From Candidatus Berkelbacteria bacterium (GTDB taxonomy: Bacteria > Patescibacteriota > UBA1384 > 2-12-FULL-50-11): a stretch of 64,000 nucleotides of DNA. The stretch spans positions 17,415 through 81,414 of the forward strand of contig CP066697.1 in the NCBI GenBank assembly GCA_016432625.1, written 5' to 3'. The notes beneath the pieces were generated by a model. It ran no database searches and was not told where the DNA came from. It was given only the letters and a program-made list of their open reading frames with translations. Shown in pieces: positions 56,033 to 64,000 of the stretch (within the stretch, counting starts at the first letter, position 1; the number at the start of each line of letters is the position of its first letter). Position numbers and translations under genes: made by a program.

Positions 56033-56425
56033 ATGAGATTGGGTAAACAACCCAAAACCGCATCGAACTCGTCGGCTCAACCGACGACTGAGTCTAAAGA
56101 GTCGACGGAGGCTTCCTCGGCGACTAAGCCAGCCTCGAAGCAGTCGATCCTGGCTATTCTCCTCCTGCCGTTTACGCTTGTGGCGTCGGTCTTTAGCACG
56201 CTAAAGTCGTTGACGCTGACGATCGTCTGGGCGGCGCTGGCGATACTGGCGCTCCTATTCGGCTTCATCGCCATGGGGGTCGCGTCGAGCGCGCCGAGCG
56301 GTAGCCTTCAGATTGCGATTACCTGGAACACGTTTGTCGTTCTGACAGCCGGTTTCCTGGTTCTGGCACTCCTCGACCTGGCGAAAGATGGTGGCATGGC
56401 GCTGCTTGAGCGCTTTCGACGCTGA
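56033..56425 (+). CDS. Hypothetical membrane protein (3-4 TM) with Ser/Thr-rich N-terminus
   Basis: Hydrophobic helices. Confidence 0.4.
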   Translation: MRLGKQPKTASNSSAQPTTESKESTEASSATKPASKQSILAILLLPFTLVASVFSTLKSLTLTIVWAALAILALLFGFIAMGVASSAPSGSLQIAITWNTFVVLTAGFLVLALLDLAKDGGMALLERFRR

Positions 56426-56462
56426 TCGAGCTCGATAGCGGCGGCGTGTCCGACGCACTTCA

Positions 56463-56498
56463 AACAGCCGCAAGGATTTTCCTGCGGCTGTTTCTTTT
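56463..56498 (+). terminator. Rho-independent terminator (shares an 18-nt 3' arm and tail with the terminator at 57369)
   Basis: ACAGCCGCAAGG/CCTGCGGCTGT stem followed by TTCTTTTAT. Confidence 0.5.
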
Positions 56499-56542
56499 AT
56501 GGTAAGATTCTGCGATAGCATTGCTGTTCCCGGAGGAGCCCT

Positions 56543-57352
56543 TTGACAACAAACAATAACTTCGTTAAATGCCCGGCATGCAAGACGACTGACTTCAAAG
56601 GGCATCTCAAACAGAAGCTCTGGGTATGTCAACGCTGCCACTACCACTTCCCTCTGCCAGCTCGAGTGCGAGTGGCCCAACTTACTGACGAAGAGTCTTT
56701 TAACGAGCTCTTCACCGACATCACCGCTGCTGACCCACTCGGGTTCCCCGAGTACCAGGACAAGTTGTTACGCTCCAAGGAACGGACGGGCCTAAACTGC
56801 GCCGTACTCACCGGTACGGCCACGGTTACTGGCTTGCCATGCGCCTTGGCTGTTTTCGACTTCTTCTTTATCGGCGGCACGCTTGGCGGCGCTGAGGGCG
56901 AGAAGCTTTGCCGCCTCTTCGAGCACGCATGTGACAGTCAGCTGCCGATTATCGTCTTCTTGGCGAGCGGCGGTATGCGGATGCAAGAGGGGTTGAATTC
57001 GCTGATGCAGATGCCCAAAACTGTGGCGACGTTAGGTAGAGTTATCGAGCGCAAACTCCGATATTTGGTGGTCTTCACCGACCCCTCTTATGGCGGCGCT
57101 ACGGCCAGCTTTGCCTCTGTCCCTTACGGCTTGAAAATCGCTGAGCCAAGGGCGCGCATCGGCTTTGCGGGACCGGAGGTGGCTAAGACCATCTATCCGC
57201 GTGACGTAGAGAAGCTGCGGCATATCCAGACTCCGGAAGCGAAGATATATCCTGCGGAAGGTATGGACACGTCGCAGATCGACTCGATCGTGCCGCGAGC
57301 CAACCTCAAGCATTTCATCGCTAGCTTCCTTAGTGGCAAGGGCACAGCCTAA
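56543..57352 (+). CDS. accD: Acetyl-CoA carboxylase carboxyltransferase beta subunit
   Basis: N-terminal Zn ribbon 'CPACKTTDFKGHLKQKLWVCQRCHYHF', carboxyltransferase 'ASGGMRMQEGLNSLMQM'. Confidence 0.8.
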   Translation: MTTNNNFVKCPACKTTDFKGHLKQKLWVCQRCHYHFPLPARVRVAQLTDEESFNELFTDITAADPLGFPEYQDKLLRSKERTGLNCAVLTGTATVTGLPCALAVFDFFFIGGTLGGAEGEKLCRLFEHACDSQLPIIVFLASGGMRMQEGLNSLMQMPKTVATLGRVIERKLRYLVVFTDPSYGGATASFASVPYGLKIAEPRARIGFAGPEVAKTIYPRDVEKLRHIQTPEAKIYPAEGMDTSQIDSIVPRANLKHFIASFLSGKGTA

Positions 57353-57368
57353 CCGCGATCTCGAATTG

Positions 57369-57403
57369 GCCGCAGGGATTTATCCCTGCGGCTGTTTCTT
57401 TTT
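57369..57403 (+). terminator. Rho-independent terminator of accD
   Basis: GCCGCAGGGA/TCCCTGCGGC stem with TTTA loop, then TGTTTCTTTTT; overlaps the 3' end of the convergent CYTH gene. Confidence 0.5.
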
Positions 57404-57982
57404 AGCCAGCAACCAATCTGGTTCTGGAACGAAAGTTATTTCTGGCCAGTTGTCGATCTCGTGCTCAGTGAAGTCGTAGTATTTTTGGTAGGCAGTTTCG
57501 ACGCTGCCGTGCATCGCCATGTCCCAATTTAAGCCAGTTTTTTCAGCCGATGTTCTCAGTAGCTCTTCGCGGGGCGCTTCTAGCTCGACGAAAGTTGGTA
57601 TCCACGGCCAGGTATCAATTGTGACCTCGCAGTCGCCAAGGACCCACTTTTCTCGCCTCGTTTCCTGGTAAGAACGCTGAATCAAGCCGATCGCTTTAAG
57701 AAGCTGTCCAGTTTTTTCAAAATCTCCAACAGTGGTTTCCACCTCCTGGGTGCCGTGTAAGGAGCGGTCGTTAAGCTGTTTGTATGAAAAGGTTATCTTG
57801 TCGCCCTCGTCACGTACCCGTACCCAGCCGCCGATTTTTTCGAGACGCGAATCGGGGTAGTCGAACACCATTCGTCGCATCAGGCGCTCGGGGTGGATTT
57901 GTTTGGCACCAAGACGTTGTAAATTTTCGCGAAATTCGTCCGGATTGATGTCTAACCACTTCGCCTCAATCTCGACCTGCAT
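57380..57982 (-). CDS. CYTH-domain protein (CyaB/ThTPase-like)
   Basis: 'MQVEIEAKWL' with conserved acidic pairs; ~200 aa. Confidence 0.55.
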   Translation of the reverse strand: MQVEIEAKWLDINPDEFRENLQRLGAKQIHPERLMRRMVFDYPDSRLEKIGGWVRVRDEGDKITFSYKQLNDRSLHGTQEVETTVGDFEKTGQLLKAIGLIQRSYQETRREKWVLGDCEVTIDTWPWIPTFVELEAPREELLRTSAEKTGLNWDMAMHGSVETAYQKYYDFTEHEIDNWPEITFVPEPDWLLAKKKQPQG

Positions 57983-58611
57983 TAGTTAACCTCGCCAAGG
58001 TGAGCGTGGTCGTTCCAGGTGATAAGTTTCCAACGCCCCTCTTGCTGTTCGCAGACCGTAATGCCGGTGTTATTAAGTTGAAGCAGCTTCGCCAAACCGA
58101 TGTACCTATCCCAGTCAAGATCGTCGCCGTAAGCCATGGTGGCAAGTACATAGCGCAGAATCGTGCCGTGCAGGACTACGACAACGGCTTTCTCTTTCCG
58201 TCCCTCGAGAAATGTCACTAATTTTTTAGCTCGATCTTTCAAGTCGAAAAATGTCTCTTCATCTGAATGACGGAAATCGGGGTTGCGGATATTCTTCTCA
58301 ATCTCGGCCTTTGCCGCGGCCAACGTCGGGTCGTCGTGCGGTTTGCCATGAAACTCTTTGGGGAGGTTACGCTCACGGGCGAGCGGTGTTATCTCTAACG
58401 GGACGCCAGTCTCCCGATGGATAATCTCTGCCGTTTCCTTAGCGCGATCCATGTCGCTAGAGATTATTTGTTCAAAAACAACGTGTTTAAGTCGTCGGGC
58501 AACGTAGCTGGCTTGTTCTTTGCCGACCGCGGAGAGGGGCGTCTCTGGTCCCTGGTGGATACCGCTTTCGTTAAGCACACTTTTACCGTGACGAATAAAA
58601 TAGATCCGCAT
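57982..58611 (-). CDS. Histidine phosphatase (phosphoglycerate-mutase-like) family protein
   Basis: 'MRIYFIRHGKS' RHG motif and a downstream His; 1-nt overlap with the CYTH gene. Confidence 0.75.
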   Translation of the reverse strand: MRIYFIRHGKSVLNESGIHQGPETPLSAVGKEQASYVARRLKHVVFEQIISSDMDRAKETAEIIHRETGVPLEITPLARERNLPKEFHGKPHDDPTLAAAKAEIEKNIRNPDFRHSDEETFFDLKDRAKKLVTFLEGRKEKAVVVVLHGTILRYVLATMAYGDDLDWDRYIGLAKLLQLNNTGITVCEQQEGRWKLITWNDHAHLGEVN

Positions 58612-58648
58612 AACCTAATTCTACGTCCCTAACCTGGAGAAGTCGAGT

Positions 58649-58942
58649 TTAATGCTCCGTCCAAATTTCGCCCAATAAGAACACTAGCATGAAGGCACCG
58701 ACGATTATGGCTATGTACACCGCCACCGAACGCTCGCCTTTAACTAGGGCGATAACTCCGCAGATGAAGGCGGCAACGGCTGACGCGGCAGCCCCAAGAC
58801 CTGTCACAGCTAGACTCCAATTATCAAAAAATTCCTCGCCACCGCGCTCACCTGAAGTCACGAATAATACTTGGACAGCTACAAAGACAAAGAAAGCGAT
58901 GGCTAAGGTAACCGACCATTTGCCTAAACTCGTTTTTGGCAT
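58649..58942 (-). CDS. Small membrane protein (3 TM)
   Basis: 97-aa hydrophobic ORF. Confidence 0.35.
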   Translation of the reverse strand: MPKTSLGKWSVTLAIAFFVFVAVQVLFVTSGERGGEEFFDNWSLAVTGLGAAASAVAAFICGVIALVKGERSVAVYIAIIVGAFMLVFLLGEIWTEH

Positions 58943-59829
58943 CAGTTATATTATATACCCTCAGCCTATCCCGACGGCAGCGGATAGCGGATGCTGATAA
59001 TATAGATTTAATGAAAGAGGTCGTCTCCAAGCCCTACTGGTATGTTGATCTGAAATGGTTTTTTGGCATTCTATTTACTCTCGCCCTTACTCTTACCCTC
59101 TCACTCTCATTAGCTAATCGGCTTACCGAAGAAAAAACGGCCGTTGACCTGTCGACAGTTGCCCTAGCGACGCTATTTAGCCGTGACGGTGGTGGCCTGG
59201 ATGATCCGAAAGCCGTTGAAGAGTTCAAGGCGAAACTGAAAGAATCTGACGAAGAGCTCATTCGCCCAATTGAGACTATCCCGGCAATTACTATTAGTCG
59301 AGATGATGTTGAGAAGCTATCGCCTCGAGAGTTGCGCCTGAAAATCTTCCGTCAGATCACGGAGCCGCTCTACAACGAAGGTGTTGATGGCGCCGTTAAG
59401 CGCTTTACAGATAACCCTGAGGAGCAGAAAAAGTTGGCTAATGACGCCTCCCTGTTACGATTTCTAACTAAAGACACTCACGAGAAGATTTCAAGTTTTC
59501 TAACGATCGGCATTGCCGTCACGGTTTTATTTTTGATTGGCCTCGTCTTCTTTAGCTTTGGCTGGGGACGTCTCGGCAATCCAGGGCTGATCTTATTCGT
59601 TCTAGGGTTACCCGGGGCGGCGTTCGGCTTATTAATCAGTAACCCACCGTCTAACGGTGACGGAGGCGGGCTAAGTTCCCTGCCACCGGAGTTTGGGGTA
59701 GCAATTGCTCAGCAACTGAAGTCAGTCTTCGGCTTAGTCTCTCTCGGAGGTTTAACGTTACTGGTTGTGGCGCTGGTTGGCTCGATAATTAGCCGTCGCC
59801 GGCGCCGTATCGCTAAGAATTCGGCCTAG
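58936..59829 (+). CDS. Hypothetical membrane protein
   Basis: N-terminal TM pair, soluble middle, C-terminal TM cluster with a Gly-rich 'GDGGGLSSLPPEFG' segment. Confidence 0.4.
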   Translation: MASVILYTLSLSRRQRIADADNIDLMKEVVSKPYWYVDLKWFFGILFTLALTLTLSLSLANRLTEEKTAVDLSTVALATLFSRDGGGLDDPKAVEEFKAKLKESDEELIRPIETIPAITISRDDVEKLSPRELRLKIFRQITEPLYNEGVDGAVKRFTDNPEEQKKLANDASLLRFLTKDTHEKISSFLTIGIAVTVLFLIGLVFFSFGWGRLGNPGLILFVLGLPGAAFGLLISNPPSNGDGGGLSSLPPEFGVAIAQQLKSVFGLVSLGGLTLLVVALVGSIISRRRRRIAKNSA

Positions 59830-60470
59830 TTACCAAGGCCGGCAAACTTTTCGTTGCAGAGCGCCTGGCCGGTGGGGTTTGTGTGAGCGGGGACTATCTT
59901 GGCCCAGGCTTGTTCTATCCTTGCCTTAGAATCGGCGTCGAAGTATTCAAGCGGGCAGAGACGGCTAAAGCCGGGAAAACTATCGTAGCCAAACTCCCAG
60001 TGCAGCTGATAGTTCGTGTGCCCCTCAGGAAAACGTGTGCCATGTGGGTAGCCGAGTAAGTCGCCTTGTTTAACCTTAGTGCCACGCCGAATGCCTGACG
60101 CTACCGATTCTAGCTCTTTGTAAACTGACTTATATTCACCACTTTTGAGTGTGACGTAGAGAACCGCTGCGTCCCCGTCCTTGGCTTTAGTGACGCCGGT
60201 AATAATGCCGTCAGAAGTGGCAACAAGCTGTGCGGCGTAGGCCCATTGGAAATCGATCCCCTCGTGACCGTTAGGGTGAACTGACTCTATCTCGCCAAGC
60301 GGTCGGATTCCGGTTGGCTCGTCCTGGCTGTGGTAGGGCAAACCGATAGCGATCTCCTCGTGCCCTAGAAATGACTCGGGACGGTCTTTAAGGTAGGACC
60401 AGCTTGCTCTCAAGCCAAGAACCAGAACTAAACCGAGCAGAATATACCCGGCTAAGCGGAGTAATTTCAT
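59826..60470 (-). CDS. M23 (LytM) family metallopeptidase, membrane-anchored
   Basis: 'HEGIDF' (HxxxD) and 'YQLHWEF' (HxH) M23 motifs. Confidence 0.6.
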   Translation of the reverse strand: MKLLRLAGYILLGLVLVLGLRASWSYLKDRPESFLGHEEIAIGLPYHSQDEPTGIRPLGEIESVHPNGHEGIDFQWAYAAQLVATSDGIITGVTKAKDGDAAVLYVTLKSGEYKSVYKELESVASGIRRGTKVKQGDLLGYPHGTRFPEGHTNYQLHWEFGYDSFPGFSRLCPLEYFDADSKARIEQAWAKIVPAHTNPTGQALCNEKFAGLGN

Positions 60471-60478
60471 CTGAGCTT

Positions 60479-61753
60479 TTATCGGGTATAGATCTTTGCT
60501 TTGTCTGTGAAGCTCGTTATCGCGCTGCAGTTCTTACCGACGAATAATTCGAACTTGAGTTTTTGGGTCTCTATAAGCTGTCCCAGGGCACAGCCGAAGT
60601 GTTGCGAGGGATTTGGCTTCAAAGTAACTGCATCGGCCGTGAAGCCCATCTTGTCCCACTTTGAGCCATCTGTCTTAACGTAATCCCATCCACCAAGGTC
60701 GTATTTTACTAGCCCAGTATCAACACCGACACTTGCCGGGCTGGCGCTGCCAGGCAATATGGCGTACTGCATATCGTCATCGTGCTCGAGCACTTTATAT
60801 AAAAATCCCATCGAGATGATTGATTGTGTTGGATCGAAATGGTCCGGCGAAATAGAAAGATGAGTTTTCCAGTAGGCACCGGCATTGCGGTTGGCTTCAG
60901 TGCCCATGTAACCATTGGAGCCCTCTTCGAACCAGTTGCCGATCATCTTGCCGTCGATGTCATAATCAATCTTACCGCTGACAGGCTCAGCTTGGCGGAC
61001 GTATTTACTCAGTAAGGATGCTTTTAGCTCGTCAGTATAGTAGTTAAGCGGGTCAGCAGTGTAGAGTTTCCAGCGCTCGGCTTCATAGCTTGAGGGCTTA
61101 ATGAAACCAGTCACCGGTTTGGTCGTATCCCAAACGGCAAAATCGAGCGTCCGGCCGCCGATGCGGCCGATAAGTTGGCCGGCTTTCACGACGATTGTGC
61201 CGCTGAAAAAGCCATTACGATTATTCTTGTCAAATTCAGCTTTAATCTCAGGCGCTAAGCTTGTAACGAGGTCGTAGTAGTAGAAGAAAGTGCAGCTAAC
61301 GGTGAAGACCAGGCGATATTCTGTGGCTGGATGGGTTTCATTTTTTCTGGTGCCAATATCAACGATCGTTGAGTCGGCCATCGCCCGGACTTCGTACGCA
61401 TCGATCGGCGATTTATAGTCGGCGGGTGAGAAATATTGATGATCAATCGGTGTCACGTGTCCGCCAACCATTAGGCCATAAGGAATGATGTGGGTAAAGT
61501 CCTCCATTTTCATCGGTGAGGCCGACAGCTTATAAGGCACGCCCTCGCCTTCGCAGTGGTTATTACTTAATGACTGACCGGCCTTGATTGCGTCCTTGGG
61601 GTTGGATTGATCGCCGATCGTATTCTGATCGTTATTCTTAGTCGCGTTCTGGGTGACGGGAGGGTTTGACCTGAGAAAGTAAACGGCAACGCTAACGAAA
61701 ATGATGAGTAAAGGCACTGCAACGAAAAGAAAAACCTTTCTTACTCGACTCAT
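60479..61753 (-). CDS. Hypothetical secreted protein
   Basis: Signal-anchor 'VFLFVAVPLLIIFVSVAVYFL'; 424-aa soluble domain. Confidence 0.45.
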   Translation of the reverse strand: MSRVRKVFLFVAVPLLIIFVSVAVYFLRSNPPVTQNATKNNDQNTIGDQSNPKDAIKAGQSLSNNHCEGEGVPYKLSASPMKMEDFTHIIPYGLMVGGHVTPIDHQYFSPADYKSPIDAYEVRAMADSTIVDIGTRKNETHPATEYRLVFTVSCTFFYYYDLVTSLAPEIKAEFDKNNRNGFFSGTIVVKAGQLIGRIGGRTLDFAVWDTTKPVTGFIKPSSYEAERWKLYTADPLNYYTDELKASLLSKYVRQAEPVSGKIDYDIDGKMIGNWFEEGSNGYMGTEANRNAGAYWKTHLSISPDHFDPTQSIISMGFLYKVLEHDDDMQYAILPGSASPASVGVDTGLVKYDLGGWDYVKTDGSKWDKMGFTADAVTLKPNPSQHFGCALGQLIETQKLKFELFVGKNCSAITSFTDKAKIYTR

Positions 61754-61791
61754 TAACTTTTAGCGTAACTGCCCCCGTGCTCGTTGTCGAG

Positions 61792-62541
61792 CTATTTCGA
61801 CTTGGGCACCTCGGCTCTGCCGTAAGGGCATTCTTTTTTCCCGACGCGGACCGCCCAGCCAGAGTCGCCGTAAGAAAAATGCCAGTACTCGTCGCGACAG
61901 TTAGAGAAACCTACACCGTACATCGCCTTAATTAGAATGGTTCGGTATTCTCGCATTTCTGGTGATAGGTGCGTGGCCCAAGTTGCTCCAAGCTTCCACT
62001 TGGTAACGTCAGATAAGGAAAGATTTTCGAAGATCCGCTGCTGTTGGTGGATGCCGGCAGTGTCTTTGCCGCAGTCAGGCAGAATATCGACAAACTGACC
62101 GTCAGTTGTTTGTAGTACGACATCAATGGCGGCACCGGTACAGTGTCCCGGCGGGGCGTAGTGGTCGCAGGGAGCAGCGTACTGATTGGCCGCTCGTCGT
62201 AAACTTGCTTCAGGCCAGTCAGGGTGAATTTTTTTGTGGAGGTCGTAATGCTGTTGCCAGAGGCTTTTTTGGCGCTCGAAACTACGCCAGGCGCTAAGCG
62301 CAAAGAGTTGAAGACCTTCTGGAAGACGGCGCGATGCCTGGTCGAGCATCGTGGCAGCAGTTTTTCTGAGGTACGGCTGCATGCCATCGGGGGTACCGGC
62401 GTCAGACGGAAAAATAACCAGCGGACAAGCGATCCGTAAATCAACCAACGGCTCGTGGTTCTCGATTATTTTTACCTTGTCGAGCGCCGCCATTGGCTCA
62501 CGCACACCACCAATAACTATCGGGACGGGAAACGGTTTCAT
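61792..62541 (-). CDS. ddpX: D-Ala-D-Ala dipeptidase (VanX/DdpX, M15D)
   Basis: 'SAWRSFERQ', 'GHCTGAAIDV' and 'EYWHFSYGD' VanX zinc-binding motifs. Confidence 0.7.
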   Translation of the reverse strand: MKPFPVPIVIGGVREPMAALDKVKIIENHEPLVDLRIACPLVIFPSDAGTPDGMQPYLRKTAATMLDQASRRLPEGLQLFALSAWRSFERQKSLWQQHYDLHKKIHPDWPEASLRRAANQYAAPCDHYAPPGHCTGAAIDVVLQTTDGQFVDILPDCGKDTAGIHQQQRIFENLSLSDVTKWKLGATWATHLSPEMREYRTILIKAMYGVGFSNCRDEYWHFSYGDSGWAVRVGKKECPYGRAEVPKSK

Positions 62542-62543
62542 TG

Positions 62544-63167
62544 CTACAGATTATATTGTGCCGTACGAATTAAATAAACGTCCTTGGGATCAGAGCGTGG
62601 TGATAATACGAGGATCTCGGAATTTCCGAAGTGGAACATCGTTAGAATTTCTTGCCACGCCAAGTTGTAGTAGGCGCAGTAAATCATTTTGCCGATGTCG
62701 CCATGGCTTACAAGCAATATGTTGCCGTCCTGATGAGCGCGGCGAATCGAATTAAGCGTCAGTCTTGCTCTATCAACTAACTGGGGAAAAGTTTCCGCGC
62801 CCTCAGGGCTGAGGAAATATGTTACCGTGTCGGTTTTCAGAATATCTGGGGCGCAGAGGTTCTCGATCTCCGCCTGTGGCTTGCCGGTCATTACGCCAAA
62901 GTCACGCTCAATTAAGCCATCCAGTTTTTCAGGTTTTGAAACTCCAAGTGTCTCGGCGATTATCTCGGCAGTATGATAGGCACGCTTGAGGGGCGATGAG
63001 TATATCTTGTCAATTTTTATACCGGTCTGCTGCAGCTCCTCGGCGACGATCCCCGCCTGTTCAACGCCTTTTTCGGTTAAGGGCATATCCCGCCGGCCGT
63101 TCAGGATGCCGTTGACGTTATCTAGGTCTTGTCCGTGCCTAGCCAGGTAGATAGTTAGCATTTTCAA
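62544..63167 (-). CDS. Histidine phosphatase (phosphoglycerate-mutase-like) family protein
   Basis: 'IYLARHGQDLDNVNGILNGRRDMPLTEKG' RHG motif; second paralog in the window. Confidence 0.75.
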   Translation of the reverse strand: MKMLTIYLARHGQDLDNVNGILNGRRDMPLTEKGVEQAGIVAEELQQTGIKIDKIYSSPLKRAYHTAEIIAETLGVSKPEKLDGLIERDFGVMTGKPQAEIENLCAPDILKTDTVTYFLSPEGAETFPQLVDRARLTLNSIRRAHQDGNILLVSHGDIGKMIYCAYYNLAWQEILTMFHFGNSEILVLSPRSDPKDVYLIRTAQYNL

Positions 63168-63208
63168 AATTGTACTCCCGAACCGGATAATGTCGAGCTA
63201 ACCGTATG

Positions 63209-63766
63209 TTACTTAGGACCCATGGTGCGTTTGAGCATCTCGACTAACTTATCTCTGTCCCAAAGCTCGGTGCCGTTGTGAAAGGCCAACTCTCGGGCTT
63301 GAGCGGTGAAGAAGTTATTCGTGACCACAATCGAGTGAGTGCAATTGTATTTCGCTCGGGCCGTGACCGCTTCTTGAACTGCTTTGAGGCCAACTGGTTT
63401 GGAGTAACGTTTGGCTTGAACAACTGTTCGGATATCGTCCTTGACAACAATTAGGTCCGCGCCCCAATCGCCTCGATACGGAGTTGCCTGGACAGCGTAG
63501 CCCAAGTCTTGGAACACCAGCCAAAGCTTTTGCTCGAACGCCTCGCCGTCCATGCGATCAATCTCAAGCATGCCGCTGGCTCGCAGCCGCTCCATCCTTT
63601 GTCGGAAAAGGTATACGTAGAGAGCGGCACAAATTAATGCCGCTATGCCGATTACAATTTTCCAAATCCACGGTACGACGAGCAGAACAATGACAACCGC
63701 TAATATCGCCGCAAAGAGCGAATCGTTGAGTAGAGATTTGGAGCTCTTCCGCCGCGCCATTTCCAC
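63209..63766 (-). CDS. Membrane-anchored Mrr_cat (restriction endonuclease-like) domain protein
   Basis: Two N-terminal TM helices then 'FEQKLWLVFQDLGYAVQATPYRGDWGADLIVVKDDIRTVVQAKRYSKPVGLKAVQEA' PD-(D/E)xK Mrr catalytic core. Confidence 0.65.
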   Translation of the reverse strand: MEMARRKSSKSLLNDSLFAAILAVVIVLLVVPWIWKIVIGIAALICAALYVYLFRQRMERLRASGMLEIDRMDGEAFEQKLWLVFQDLGYAVQATPYRGDWGADLIVVKDDIRTVVQAKRYSKPVGLKAVQEAVTARAKYNCTHSIVVTNNFFTAQARELAFHNGTELWDRDKLVEMLKRTMGPK

Positions 63767-63796
63767 AATTGTAGTCTCGAACCTGGAAAAGTCGAG

Positions 63797-64000
63797 CTAC
63801 GCCTTCTTAGCTCGTTTCTCAAGGATCCACTGCTGCGATTTGCTCAGTTGCTTGTCGGTGCGGTGCGTACAGCCGAGCCAGCAGCACGGGCGGCGTTTGC
63901 CTCCTTTGAGCTCAGGAACGACCCGGTCGATATGTTCCTGCCTAGTTTTGGCTTGTTTGACGAACTCCACCCAACAAATCCACTCATTACGAGCGAGCGG
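63797..64000 (-). CDS. Partial hypothetical protein (C-terminal 67 aa; 5' end outside window)
   Basis: Open frame to the window edge, ending ...PCCWLGCTHRTDKQLSKSQQWILEKRAKKA*. Confidence 0.25.
   Translation of the reverse strand, partial: PLARNEWICWVEFVKQAKTRQEHIDRVVPELKGGKRRPCCWLGCTHRTDKQLSKSQQWILEKRAKKA

Noticed and set aside
1-64000. CRISPR arrays, rRNA genes, transposases or integrases
   Set aside because: No regularly spaced direct repeats, no rRNA-like conserved stretches, and no DDE-transposase or tyrosine/serine recombinase motifs in any substantial ORF

Overview
This 64 kb window looks like chromosome from an uncultivated bacterium with streamlined proteins. Genes are tightly packed on both strands; several use TTG/GTG/CTG starts and ATGA-type stop/start overlaps. 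No rRNA, CRISPR array, transposase or integrase was recognised.

Recognisable housekeeping genes (by motif reading of the ORF track): holA, lepB, rpsT, nrnA-like DHH phosphoesterase, rpsO, pnp, glnA, family-4 UDG, RNase J, ftsK, a RodZ-like protein, recA, recX, ppsA, an SDR, DedA, plsY, a SIMPL protein, two CYTH proteins, msrB, tag, DUF1905/YdeI, a VOC protein, one tRNA-Ser(GGA), dnaG, rpoD, pgeF/YfiH, lysS, a class-II aaRS-core (AsnA-like) paralog, rmuC, phhA, purC, a PRTase-like protein, pyrF, purB, msrA, a NUDIX protein, pyrD, a D-2-hydroxyacid dehydrogenase, accD, two histidine-phosphatase paralogs, an M23 peptidase, a VanX-type D-Ala-D-Ala dipeptidase and a membrane-anchored Mrr_cat nuclease-domain protein. 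Many hypothetical secreted or membrane proteins lie between them.

By eye, GC content is uneven: roughly the first 30 kb and the last 10 kb are about 48-54 % GC, while about 32-52 kb (plus glnA) is closer to 58-60 %. That richer block carries most of the biosynthetic genes (purC, purB, pyrF, phhA), an OMP-like beta-barrel candidate and several hypotheticals, with a distinctly AT-richer NUDIX gene embedded in it.

Most notable observations:
- An unannotated 54-aa Cys/His-rich ORF with a strong RBS sits directly upstream of the VOC gene.
- The tRNA-Ser is flanked by exact partial copies of its own 5' and 3' ends.
- A 69-nt copy of the rpoD 3' end, diverged almost only at synonymous sites, lies 48 nt downstream of rpoD.
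- A promoter, 12-codon leader ORF and terminator sit immediately upstream of the AsnA-like/lysS pair.
- There is a PRTase-like gene with an EE motif next to pyrF, and an MGMT-fold protein lacking the acceptor cysteine.
- rpsO, rpsT and RNase J carry long K/A/P-rich tails.
- Near-identical terminator modules flank accD on both sides.

All calls rest on reading the sequence and remembered family motifs; no database search was possible.
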